64,000 nucleotides of DNA from the NCBI GenBank assembly GCA_038087875.1, contig CM075992.1, positions 11,720,001-11,784,000 of the forward strand, given 5' to 3'. Shown here piece by piece: positions 36,210 to 48,804 of the stretch. Numbering within the stretch: the stretch's first letter is position 1; every line of letters starts with the position of its first letter. The position numbers were made by a program, and so were the translations under genes. The notes beneath the pieces are model-generated. The model was not told the origin of the DNA. It worked only from the letters and a program-made list of their open reading frames with translations, and made no database searches. Origin of the DNA: Malacoraja senta (taxonomy: Eukaryota).

Positions 36210-39200
36210 AATAGTAAGATTAAACGAGAACTTACCAGTTTGAGGTTTGATCTTTATTTCATGAGGAGTTACGTTGAGGACGTGAATAACCCGTCCAGAC
36301 CGCACACGCGTCAATCTTCAAAGCAGCGGAATGAAATCACAGACAACAATTACTGAAGTATGATAGTAAGATACGTAAAGACTGGAACTACCAGCTTGAT
36401 CTTTATGAGGGTGGGAGCGGAGGGCACGTAGTCCCTCATCGTAACTCTTCATAAAATAAAGATCAAACCTCAAACTGGTAAGTTCTCATTTAATCTTACT
36501 ATTTTACTTCAGAGTCACGTGAGTGACTGCGTGAAGATTTCAAAGCTCTGTGATTTCACGCCGTAGATTCAAATCCAGGAGCTTACTGCATTGATTGACT
36601 CTAAATAATAAAACAATCAACAATGCACAACCACAACATGGATGCAACCAGTTAATGGTTAATTTATCACCATAATAGTAACCCCTTTATCACAAGAGGA
36701 ATATTTAATACTAAATCCAAAATACCACCACCAAATAACCACAGGTATTATAATCTCCTTATGGTAATACTTTTGAAATTCTTTCACTTATGCCTGCAGC
36801 CGCGAGGATATGTTCTATTAGAACATCCAATTCCTTGGCCATCAATGTTGATGGTGCCCTGGTGAAATAAGATTTAAATTTGTCAGTATCAATACCTGCA
36901 TCAAGCAACACCTGCTTCAGCCATTTTTTAAATAATCTGAACCGACACTTTCTTATGCAGCTATTTATGGCTAATAAAATACTGATACTGAACCTCTTTA
37001 AGGTTCTGGTGGCTTCAATCTAACATAGTAAATGTGATACCACACATAGACGTGGATCCTTAGGATATGCTGAAAACCCCAACTTACATCCTGTGATTCC
37101 AGGTCTACTCTGTTTAAGCAAATCATAGACATAGAACACAATAGTATCTGTTGCTCTTTCCATCATGTCTATTCCTAGTTTCTACAATGTTTGCACTCTC
37201 TGTGCTAAAACCAGTGCCCTGAGCTGGCCCACCTTAATGGTAATTCAAGCCAAGGACAGCACTGTAATAGGAGTCCATTAACGAATCATAACATATCTCT
37301 TACATTCCAGATTATTGTATACCTGTGTCTAGGAGGCTTAGAATTGAAAATTCCTTTCATAAATCTGCAGACCAAAGGGTGTAACCCTACAAGATTTTAT
37401 TCTGATTCCTCCATAGATATGCAGTAAAGGCACTCCTTGCAGTATTCATAGCACTATAGCTTAACTGCTAATAACATAAAGAGTTTACAGAAACTCTAAC
37501 ACTACTGATATGTCTATAGTGTGACATGTAATATTCTGCTTTAAGCAGAATATATCCCATTTCCTTATATAAGAAATGTACTACTTCTGGGTAATATCCC
37601 TCCAGGTTGCAATAATATCCACAGTACAATCTGATAGTCCTCTTCCGATATATGGCACTCCTTAGAATCTGCAAATCAACAAACCAATACGATTATGTAA
37701 AGGATGTGAATCATCAGTTATAGGGTGCACAAACTGATTAATTCTGTTTGGGAAATCATAAGAGGCTTTGTGATCATTTTTAACACCTGAGGGTACCATG
37801 GTTTTGTAGATCCAATCTGGTACCACCAATACTCCCGAAGCAGAGTCCTGTTTGCTCTTCTGTATATACTGTTAAATGAGACAAAATGGAGAAAATGTAT
37901 ACAAACATTCTTCCCCAATGCAGCGAGAAACATCCACCGCTATTGCCCCAGGATCAGGTTTCCATGACATATATTTAGGTAATTGGTTGTTAAGTCTGGA
38001 TACAAACAAGTCATCAATCGTGCAACAATATTATTAAATTTGTCACGATCCAACATCCATTCTGTATTATCATTGATTTACATGACCTTGAGTCTTCAAC
38101 TATATTAAATCTACCTCGTAGGTAGATTGCCAATCAAATATTTCTGGTAAACGCCAGGTCCAGATCACATTAGCCAGTCTAATAAAAGATTCTGACTCAT
38201 ACCACTCGAATGATTAACATACGTTCTATTCCGTAGTGTCAATCTAACCTAAACATGCAAACTTTGCATATAAGAGCAATAAGCTTTAGGCCATAAATGT
38301 TCCTAAAACTTTCATTAATGATCCCTTGTTATTGGATCAAAGGTACTTTCTTCACATTCCATGTTTCTCCACAGCTGGAAATACTTATAAGTATGACCTC
38401 AAATTAGAGCACTACAATTAGTGTGTAGCATAATGGAAGGTGTTCAACCAGAATCTCTCTGGAGGCATTTGAGACACTCCTGATTCATTATAATATTCCA
38501 GTAATAACTACAACCGGCAAATACATGGCCTGGCAAAATTGCCCTAAATTGTATTATCCATTCCTCTATCCATGCTTACTGTAAATGCTGATAATGCAGC
38601 AGTCTAAATTCTACAGCTGAAAATAAGCAATAGTTTGCAAAGTAGGCTTGCTTCCTGCCTAATTAAGGGTTGATGCTCTGTAATGAGCTTAATACAACTT
38701 CCAATTAAATGCCTAATTTAGGGTTGGTGCTCTATAATGAGCTTTATACAATGGTTGGTGCTCTATACTGAGCTTTATACAACTTCCAATTAAATGCAGC
38801 CTTAATCCATAGGCGGAATCACAAACATGTGTTCTCATTTAATGATGGAACCCAAATAATCAATAACTGTGTTTGGTAATTGTTTAGATTTATCTGGATG
38901 GTTAATAAATCTCCAAAGTGAGCTTGATCCTTAACACTCATGGTTCTGTTGTAGTCTGAATGTTTCCTACAACCAGAATATAGAAATAGGCCATTACCAA
39001 ATGGCCCTGAGTTCTTAGTAATGCTAAGAATAGATCCAACAACCTGGCAAATAGTCTCAGGGCTGAGACTAAACCTTAATACAATGCTTTAAATTGCCAT
39101 AATTGACTCATCCAGTTAAAATTAAAAATATCTATTATTATTTACCATATACAGTCACACAGTAAAATGCATTTTCTTGAAATTGGCTGCATAACATTGA

Positions 39201-41234
39201 CAAATGTTACCAACTGTATATTATACTGTACAAAAAAGGGTTAAAACTTGTCAGATCTAGAATAATTCTACACCCACCATCCTTATTTGCTCTCATAACA
39301 TATTTGGCATCAATTGATGGTGATGGTGAACTGACTTCTTAATCATCCCTTTTTCACAATATTTCATGTTTTGTCTGAATCTACATATTCTCTTATTTTG
39401 AGAAATATGTGTCCGGTTTAAAATACCTTAATAAGAGAAACCAAATATGGGTAGAATTATATTCTAAACCCCACAATACTGTACAGTATAAATAACAAAT
39501 TGCCATATTTTAGCAACAATTGTAATCTTTCCCAACTTGTAAGTGTAAAACATTTAATATGTTTCTTACAGAACCAGACCTCCTACCTCAGGGTTTGCCT
39601 ATGGCAATTGTTATCCCCTGATCTCAGTGGAATATTGTAACCTCCACATATCTCAGGAGGAGTGCGCCTACAACGCACATATGGGAAAGACCAATTTGAT
39701 CATTCACTATCCACAGTCACCACATATTGGTTGGGAAAACTGCCTTAATTTGATCTGTCAATCACACAGGTTCATTCCTTTTTTGGCTAGATCTTTCTAA
39801 ACAGATTATTAGGCAATTTCATTATTTGATGGTGTACAGAGCCCCCAAACCTAGGGTATATATTAGGTCTTATAGCACTTTTATAAATACGGTTATTTCA
39901 AAGTGCGCACTACACATGAGTGCTAATTCAACCTTGTTGTGATATAGACACACGCTCTCCATCCAACCTTTGGTCAAAAAGCCATAATGCCTGACCAGTA
40001 ATTTCAATACCCTCTCCCCCGCTGAGACTTGATTATAATGCTCAATACTGTGGGTTTCATATTTGTAGACAGCTCATACCTGGTAACAACCTGGAGCTGC
40101 TGGGAGAGTAAGTATTTTATCGACATAGTTAATTTATCTCCCAATGGTTCTCCTCATATTTTTGGAACCACAACTTTGATATATTGTGCCAATTCTGCTC
40201 CTTTGGGCTCTGTTATTGGGCTCCAGTCCTCATATGATTCATTTACTGAATCTTTGTATGAAATAATCCTCCTCATGGAGGGGTGAATTTACATCCAGCT
40301 TCAGGTGTTTCTAGCGCTGGCTCTCCCATAGGCCTACGCATAGTAAACCCTTCCAGGTGCTCGCCGTGCGGGCTCTCCTGTAGGCCCATGTATAGGCAGC
40401 CCTCTTTCAGGTGCTGCTGGTGCTGGTTCACCTGTAGGCCAACGCTAACTTCCAGATATAGTTGGCGCTGGCTCTCCTGTAGACCAACGCATAAAAAATT
40501 CCTTTAACCAGGCATTGTTCACACTGGCTCACCTGTAGGCCAGCACTGAACCGGACTTTCCCAAATACTCCCTATGCTGGCTCTCCCTTAGGCCAACATT
40601 GAGCCAGACCTTCTAAAGCCCATGCGCTGGCTCTCCTATAGACCAACGCTAAACCCGGAACTCCACCAGGCACTCCCTGCGCTGGCCCTGTAGGGACAAC
40701 GCTAAATCGGACCTTCCCCAAGCACTTCATATGCTGGCTCTCCTCTAGGCCAACGCTAAACCTGGACATTCCCCAGGCATTCCCTGCGCTTCCTCGCAAC
40801 GCGGTTCTAAATATAATAAACTAGCTACCTGAATCGGGGATCCTCCGGTCTATCTTTCTAGTCTACTAGTCACCTCTATTTCTTATGCGCACTAATGGCG
40901 CTACAACATTAAATATCTTTAGCCGTCTTTTAAAATTTAAAAAGGACGCCCGCTACTCACAGACCCCGCTACTCACAGTCTTACTTGAGTTCTCTGAAGT
41001 CCAACTCTAAAACCTTTCTTCATTCTGACTTGTGTTTTCCCCACTAGAAGTCTTCTGAAGAAATCGAACTGAAAAACGTAAGTAAACACTTACCTTCAGG
41101 TTTTTACTTACCGGTTTGGAGGAGCTCTGCTCACTCCAAACACATCGGCACTACGCTATGCATCTGACGATATGACGCATGTGCGGTCTGGACGGGTTCT
41201 TCACGTAGTCACTCACATGACTCCGAAGTAAAAT
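36210..41234 (-). mobile_element. DIRS1-like copy B, decayed ORFs, nested in copy A
   Basis: AAT at 36210-36212 and 41232-41234; ICR junction cttactATTttacttc at 36495-36510; YR, methyltransferase, RT and gag remnants without long ORFs. Confidence 0.93.
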
Positions 41235-42300
41235 TGAGGGCTGTATCAAGCTCATAGCAGAGCAATCACCTTCAATTAGGCATGTGGCCAGCTTGATTGG
41301 CAAATTGGTAGCAGCTTTTCCAGCTGCACATTATGGACCTTTGCATTACCAACACTTACAGAGGTCAAAGGTACAGGCACTAAGGAATCATGCAGGCCAT
41401 TACAGCAGACCCATGCAATTACCTACTGAAGCAATTGCTGAAATTCAATGGTGGATTAGGAACATTTCGGATTGTTCCAGCAAAAATTTGATTGAAGCAC
41501 CTTCAGTTGTTTTACAGACTGACATTAGTGCCCTAGGTTGAGGGGCTACTGATACCATCTCTAGCTGTGGGGGCAGATGGAATGTGCATGAGGCATTTAT
41601 TCTTCAATCACATGGAATTAATTATTTAGAGTTACTGGGAGCATTTTATGGGCTTAAGGCTTATTGTACCACCAAGCATCACTTACATGTTCAGCTTCAG
41701 ATTGACAACACACGGCAGTGGCGTATGTGAATTATATGGGTGGAATCAAGTCGCAATCTTGTGACAGATTGGCTAACCTTATTTTGCATTGGTGCATTAA
41801 AAGAAACATTTGGGTTTCAGCTGTTTACTTGCCGGGCAGGTTCACCATGCTGGCAGACACCAGATCACACAAATTCAATGACAACACAGAATGGATGTTG
41901 AATCATGAAGTATGTAATAATATTGTTGTTCAATATGGGATGCCACATATCAATTTGTTTGCATCCAGACTCAATCACCAGGTGCCAAAGTATGTTTCAT
42001 GGGAACCAGACCTGGGTGCAGTAGCGGTAGACGCTTTCTCGCTACATTGGGGAGGATTGTTTATATATGCATTTCCCCCATTCTGCCTCATCAGTCGGTG
42101 CTTGACTAAAATCAAGCAGGACTCCGCTTCATGAGTTTTGGTGGTGCCCGACTGGCCTACACAGCCATGGTTCCCTCTCATTTCGGACAATATAACTCAG
42201 CTAATTATGGTGGTTCCAACATGTCAACACCTATTGGTAAACCCTGTGACTGGAGATCAACACCTGTTGTATGCTCGTATTAATTTGTTAATTTGCAGGT
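41235..42300 (+). pseudogene. DIRS RT thumb, RNase H and adenine-methyltransferase-like domain
   Basis: LQTDIS..G.GA, INYLELLGA, IDNT, NLFASRLN, DAFSLHW, YAFPPF, VPDWPTQPWFP. Confidence 0.88.
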
Positions 42301-43273
42301 TTAAGGAGGCCATACCTGGGTCTGGGACTATCCAATCGGACCGTGGATATCATCACATCGTCCTGGAGAGATAGTACAAAAAGCAGTATCTCTCTCATGT
42401 CAGGAAGTGGGAGGCGTTTTGCTTAAAAGGGAACATTACTTACCACACAGTTTCCATCCCAGATGTGTTAGAGTTTCTCTCCAAATTGTATTTTGATGAC
42501 GGTCTAAGTCATAGTGCCATCAATACTGCCAGGAGTGCTCTGTCATCGTATTTATGTTTGGGGTCAGAACTAGAGTCTGTAGGATCTCATCCGTTAATAT
42601 TCCGATTTATGAAGGGTGTTTTTAATTCCAATCCCCCCAGGCCTAGATATACAGAAATCTGGGATGTCAGTGTGGTACTCATGCTGTTTCGACAGTGGGG
42701 TCCAGCCACATCCTTGTTTTTGTTAAAGATTACCTTGACGTTGGTTATGCTCATGGCGTTAGTGTCAGTGCAGAGGGTTCAGACTCTGCAGAAATTGAGA
42801 CTGGACAGGATGGTGTCATCTGGGAATGACGTTCTGTTCTACATATATGATCTCATAAAACAGAGCAGACCAGGGGTGTCAGGAGTCAAGCTTCTGCTGT
42901 CACCGTATCCCACAGATTTACGACTGTGTGTGGTGGCGCACTTGTGGTCTTATATTGAGGTCACCAAGGGCCTCAGAGGATCGGAAGTACAATTATTTGT
43001 TAGCCACAAAAAGCCACATGGGAAAGTGTCCGTCCAGACCATCTCAAGATGGCTGAAACAAGTATTGGTTTTGCAGGAGTTAATACTGACAATTTTAAAT
43101 CTCACTCCACCAGGGCGGCATCAACGTCAGCAGCGAGGGCAATGGACGTCCCTCTAGACCATATCCTCGCGGCCGCAGGATGGTCAAATGAACTGACTTT
43201 TCACCGGTTTTATAATAAACCACTTATCGAAACCGGGGTGTTCGCCCATTCTATTTTAAGTTCTGTTTCCTAG
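42300..43273 (+). pseudogene. DIRS tyrosine recombinase (frameshift near 43070)
   Basis: SAINTARSALS, PPRPRY..WDV, QRVQTL (catalytic R), HSTR, AAGWS, FHRFY. Confidence 0.9.
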
Positions 43274-44085
43274 CTTCCCCTGGGAGAGAGGGGTCGCTAT
43301 TGTATTTCTTTATTTGTTTGTGAATTAGAGCAACATGTTAATCTGTACCATGTTTCATTGTATTGCTCATTATTCACTCCTCCTGAGTCAACTGATGCCG
43401 TGTGAGAAACCTGGATTCGTATCTACGGCATGAAATCACAGAGCTTTGTATTCTTCACGGAATCACTCACGTGACTCCGAAGTAAAATAATAAGATTAAA
43501 CGAGAACTTACCAGTTTGAAGTTTGATCTTTATTTTATGAGGAGTTACAATGAGCGATTACGTGCCCACCGCTCCCGGCCCTCAATATTATAAAGGTCAA
43601 CTGGAAGGTCTGTTTTATATTCTTACTACAGTTACGTTTTATCTGTGATTTCACACCGCTGCTTTGAAGATTGACGCGCATGCCGACTAACGGGGTTCTT
43701 CACGTAATCGCTCATCGTAACTCCTCATAAAATAAAGATCAAACTTCAAACTGGTAAGTTCTCATTTAATCTTACTATTAAACTCCATTAATCTTTCCTT
43801 GGTCTACTTACCCGGCTGATTATTGACAGCCTTATTTACTATCTATGATACCACCTATTTTAATGGCATCTTCAAACTTACTAATAATGCCTTGCATATT
43901 TTCTAACAAATTGTTCATATAAACTTCTTCACACTGGTCTCAACCTGAAATGTTACCTATTCCTTCTCTCCAGAGATGCTGCCTGTCCCGCTGCCTGTCT
44001 ATCTTCGGTTTAAACCAGCATCTGCAGTTCCTTCTTACACACTAATGGATTGGTACATTGGGTTGTACACTGGATGATGCACTGG

Positions 44086-47000
44086 ATTTTACTTCGGTCA
44101 CGTGAGTGACTACGTGTAGAAGCCCCGCCAGTTCGCACGCACGTCATTACGTCATCCGCATGGTGAAGCACCGGACTGGCAGGCGCTCGCTCCTGCCAGC
44201 GGTAAGTTTAAACTACAGGTAAGTTTTGTATTTCTTACCTGGTTTTGATTTCTTGCAGGAACCTCTTTTTTACAGAGGTTTCCTGTCCGATATTTCGCGG
44301 AAGGCCGATGAGGGAACCAGCTATGGGCTGTGGGGAGACCCCGGTTCCGACCACGGAAGCGGGTAGCTGGTGAACGTCGGGTTCTCGATCCCAGGCACTG
44401 ACAATACGGTCAGTGACTTCCAGACGCTGTGGTTCCCGGGGAGGGGAAATCCAGCAGCAATGCAGCGCCCAGACCGCAGTGGTCCCCAGGATATGGGGTA
44501 AAACCAACCAGAACGGTCAGCCCTGGTGCCGGGAGGTTCCCCTCCGGTAATGTATAAAATTTGGAGGTTGGCCAGGAAGCAGGAGTTGTGTCAGCGCGGG
44601 CCTATGGGAGAGCCCGCACCAGCAGTGCCTTGGACAGGGCTGCTTCATGTTCATGCCGAGTCTGTGCAATGCTGGGCCTATGGGAGAGCCCGCGCCAGCA
44701 GCGCCTTGGACAGGGCTGCTTAATGTGGATGCCGAGTCTGTGGCAGCTCTGGGCCTATGGGAGAGGCCGCGCCAGCAGCACCTTGTAACAGGGCTACTTA
44801 ATGTCTCCCTCTTAGAGGTGGAGAGCATAGGGGGTCAGTATAAGTCTGACGCCGAGTCTATGCCAGCGCCAGCCTATGGGAGAGGCCGCGCCAGCAGCAC
44901 CTTGTAACAGGGCTGCTTGATGTCTCCCTCTTGGAGGAAGAGAGCATGCCGGGTCAGTGTAAATCTGACGCCGAGTCTGAGGGTTTAGCCATGGAGCATA
45001 CCCCAAGGGATGAAGGGCACATGTCAGAAGTACCATTCCTGGCAGCAAGGTTTTCCATCCCAACACAATGCAGTGAACACCACTATCAGGGGGATATTAG
45101 AGCCAGCCGCCGAATCTTCTATTCAGGTAAGACCTATTCAACAGGCAAAACCTGGAGGACGAAGCACAAGCTGCTGGACCAATCAAGGCCAACGTCAAGC
45201 AAAGCTTCATCGTTTCGGCGACAACGCACCCCACGTATTCATCGGCAGTAAGCGGTTCACTGAAGCTGGTGGCAGCATGAAAGCTGGCCAGAGGTTCCAC
45301 GCACTCTACCAGTTCTACTCTACAGCTATGGGACCACTTACAAGTTAGTAATATTTACACTTGGTTGTACAATACACAAATGGTAAGACATTGTCATCTA
45401 CCTAGAGGCATCTAACCATGTAAACAGGACAATGCTAGCATTCCAAGCAGGTTGGAATTGGGCCAGAATTGCGTTTTGAGGCAGGCTCAGTATTTTGGCC
45501 AGAATTGCCTTCGACACATGCTAGAAATATGGGCAGAGTTGTCTTTCAAGTCAGACTCAGAATTGTGGCCAGAATTGTCTTTCGAGACAGGCTCAGAATT
45601 ATGGCCAGAGTTGTCTTTTAAGACAGGTCAGAATTATCAGATAGGCTCAGTATTATGGCCAGTATCTTGCAAAACAGGATTGGAAATCGGGCCAGAGTTG
45701 TCGTTCAAGGCACGCACGAAATGGTGGTCTGTTCATTATGAAAGATGGCTGATTAACAACTGATTTCATAGGGTATTCCCATTTACAGCGATCATTGGAG
45801 GTGTTTGGAGGAGGCAATTGCTATGATCAGGCAATGATAACAATATGATGACAATATAGCATTCAAAGCGGACTACTCAGAGTTCGAAAACACTTGTCAT
45901 GTCTTGCCTGGATGATATTTTAACGCTGTATTTTGCTAAAATCCACTGTTTCAGTCTCAAACTATATTTGAGAAATTGGGCTCCTCTATCCAGTTAAAAT
46001 TAAGTTGTTACCAAATAGACTTGTTGGTCATTGGGATTTACCTTTAGCTATTAATTGGCCTATGACTCCACCCTGGGCAACAGGTTGGAGTTAATAGAAA
46101 CCTGTAACAGCCTTGTTGTTATAAAGCAGCCTTCTAATCATTAAGACTAATTGGCAATATATTAGCTGTGATTCAGCTGTGCAAATGGGAGAACAGACAT
46201 CATGCTAAATGGCAAACTCTAAAGTGCCATGTAGGTCATTGTTAACACACCTATGCTATTACCAGCTGAAGCTACCAAAGTGACAATGATGGACAAACAG
46301 TATTCAGCATTGCTCCAGTAGTTTGGTCAGTAAACATTTCAGTAATATTGCAAACTGATGCTAATGGCCCTAACGTGGGAAATTGTGAATATCATCTCTA
46401 GTTTGGTGGATGAGATTTGCATGAGTTACCAGTTCTTCAGTTATTGGTATCAACTATCTATAGACCCTATGTGCATTCTATGGGCTAAAGAGTGATTGAG
46501 CGAATATGCATAATCTGCATGCTCAACTTCAGGTTGATACACTATGATGGTGGCATATGTTAGTCACATGGGTGCAATCAAGTAAAAGTATCCTGTAATA
46601 GTGTACCTAATCTCATTTGCCACTGGTGTGTACAGATCAATGACAACACAGAATGGGTGTTGGATCAGAGAGTATTTATGAAATTCTGGTTCAATGGAAC
46701 ACCGAATATCAATATGTTGGTTTTCATGCTTATTCACAGGTTGAAAAAATATGTGGCTTAACAGTGGCGAAAGATACATTCTCGCTATAAGGAGGAGGAA
46801 TGGTCTTTAATGTCTTCCTCCATTTTGCCTCATCAGTCGGGTCTTCAAATAAAGTCATCAAGATCCCGCTTTAGGTTTTTCCTACTGTCTGTTTGGCCTA
46901 TGCAGCTTTGATTCCCGATTTTGTCGGGAATAATAATACAACCTTATACGGTTATTCTAAACGTAACTTTGCAGGTTCAGCCTGTGGCTCGGGAAATCAG

Positions 47001-48446
47001 CCTTTGCATGCTAAAATTAATTTATGTTCTGCAGATTCTGAATAGACTGCCCCTACGGCTTGGGTGTCACACCTATCCTTGTATGTGTTCACTCCAGAGT
47101 GCTGGGATAGCACCAAAAAAGCAGTACATTTCTTCTTCAGGAGATGGGAAGCGTTTTGTTTAATGCTAATGTTACATTTAAAACGTTACAGATTACTGAC
47201 GTCTTGGAGTTCATTTTAAATGGTCTTTTGACAATAATTGACAAACGGGACCCACTCTGTCGGGTTCACCCCCAGATATCAAGTTTGTAAAGGATATCTT
47301 TCACACAAGTTCTCTCAGGACAAGTACAATGCAGTATGGGATATTGACATTGTGTTAACACTATTTCACCAGGGGGCTCCAGCTACATCCTTAGCTTTGG
47401 CCGGCTCTCATTAGGCAGTTATCCTCCTGGCGCTTGTTTTAGCGCAACAGGTTCAGTCGCTACATAATTGCGACGGGACAGGATGATTACATATGTAAAT
47501 AATATATATAATATTTATGCTTATAATTAAATTAAGCAGAGCGGAAGGGGTGTCAGGTCTCAAAATAGATCAAGGCATACCCAGGGACCTTTGGTTATGT
47601 GAGGGCACACATATACGACAATACATCAAGGTCATCAAGAGCCTTCGAGGCTCTGAACTAGCAATGCTTGTTAGTTACAAAAAACTTTATAGGAACGTAT
47701 CTGTTCAGACCATTTCCAGGTGATAAAATTGAGTTTGATTTATGCAGGAGTAGATACTGATTTCCAGATCTCACTCCACCAGGGCTGCTACAAAATCAGC
47801 AGCAAGGGTTATTTACGTTCCGCTGGACCACATCCTAACGGCTGCAGCATGGTCAAACGAACAAATTTCCAAACATTTTATAATAACCCATTGCCAGACC
47901 AGGGGTATTTGTCAACTATATTTTACGTTCTATTTATAGTTTCCATCCGGATGAGAGGTGTTACTATTATTATTACTTCATTTAACAGCATCAGCATGTT
48001 TTAAATCTATGTCATGTCTGTATGCCTTATGAATGTTTCCCTCATCTGTCAATGAAGCAGTTGTGGTTGTGTAGACTCGTTTCTCACGGCATGAGATCAC
48101 AGAGCTTTGAAATCTTCACCTAGTCACTCACGTGACTCCGAAGTAAAATAGTAAGATTAAACGAGAACTTACCAGTTTGAAGTTAGATATTTATTTTATG
48201 AGGAGTTACGATGAGGGATTACGTGCCCTCCGCTGCCAACCCTCATAAAAGTCATCTGGTAATTCTAGTCTTCTCTAAATCTTACTATGTCACTTCAATT
48301 ACTGTTATCTGTGATTTCACACCGCTGCTTTGAAGATTGACGTGCGTGTGGGCTGGCGGGGCTTCTTCACGTAATCCCTCATCGTAACTACTCATAAAAT
48401 AAAGATCAAACTTCAAATTGGTAAGTTCTCATTTAATCTTACTATG
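44086..48446 (+). mobile_element. DIRS1-like copy D, decayed ORFs, intact ends
   Basis: Starts ATTttacttcgg; ICR at about 48113-48225; ends aatcttactATG; YR remnant SVQTISR. Confidence 0.92.
45455..45710. repeat. About 33-36 bp tandem repeat inside DIRS copy D
   Basis: ggccagaRttgtcttt...caggctcag units, about 7 copies. Confidence 0.8.
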
Positions 48447-48603
48447 ATACACTGGACCATTATGCTGTCGGGGCCAAAGAGTAGCATATGTTGAATGCAG
48501 TAATGAACAGTGATGTGGCTCACTGCCCATCCTGGTGTCGTGCACCAAGGCCTGTTCCTGAGTGAGATCACCAGGAGAAGTGGACACCATTTTCTTCACC
48601 TAC

Positions 48604-48804
48604 CCGATATTCAGTCTTGTCCATTCCAAAGATGATCAGCAGTTCTGCCAAAAAGAGGCTGATGCACAGGTGAGTGTGGATGGTGGTCCTGATACTTTTA
48701 AGGGCCCCACACAGGGTGAAGGTGAGGACTGACAGCGCAAGGCAAACCAGAGAGACAAGAACGCCGACCAGAGTGATCAGACGCAGATTGTGAGCATCAT
48801 TCCC
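48604..48804 (-). CDS. ADGRE (EMR/CD97)-like adhesion GPCR, exon encoding TM1-TM2
   Basis: ctttAG acceptor and GTAGGT donor; 201 nt, phase 0/0; translates GNDAHNLRLITLVGVLVSLVCLALSVLTFTLCGALKSIRTTIHTHLCISLFLAELLIIFGMDKTEYR, with the adhesion-GPCR TIHxxLCxSLFLAE motif. Not in the ORF track. Confidence 0.93.

Larger units (their letters stand above)
33991..43779 (+). mobile_element. DIRS1-like retrotransposon copy A (complete ends, host of nested copy B)
   Basis: ATT at both ends; gag, RT/RNase H, methyltransferase-like, YR order; short ITRs; ICR at about 43451-43564. Confidence 0.95.
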
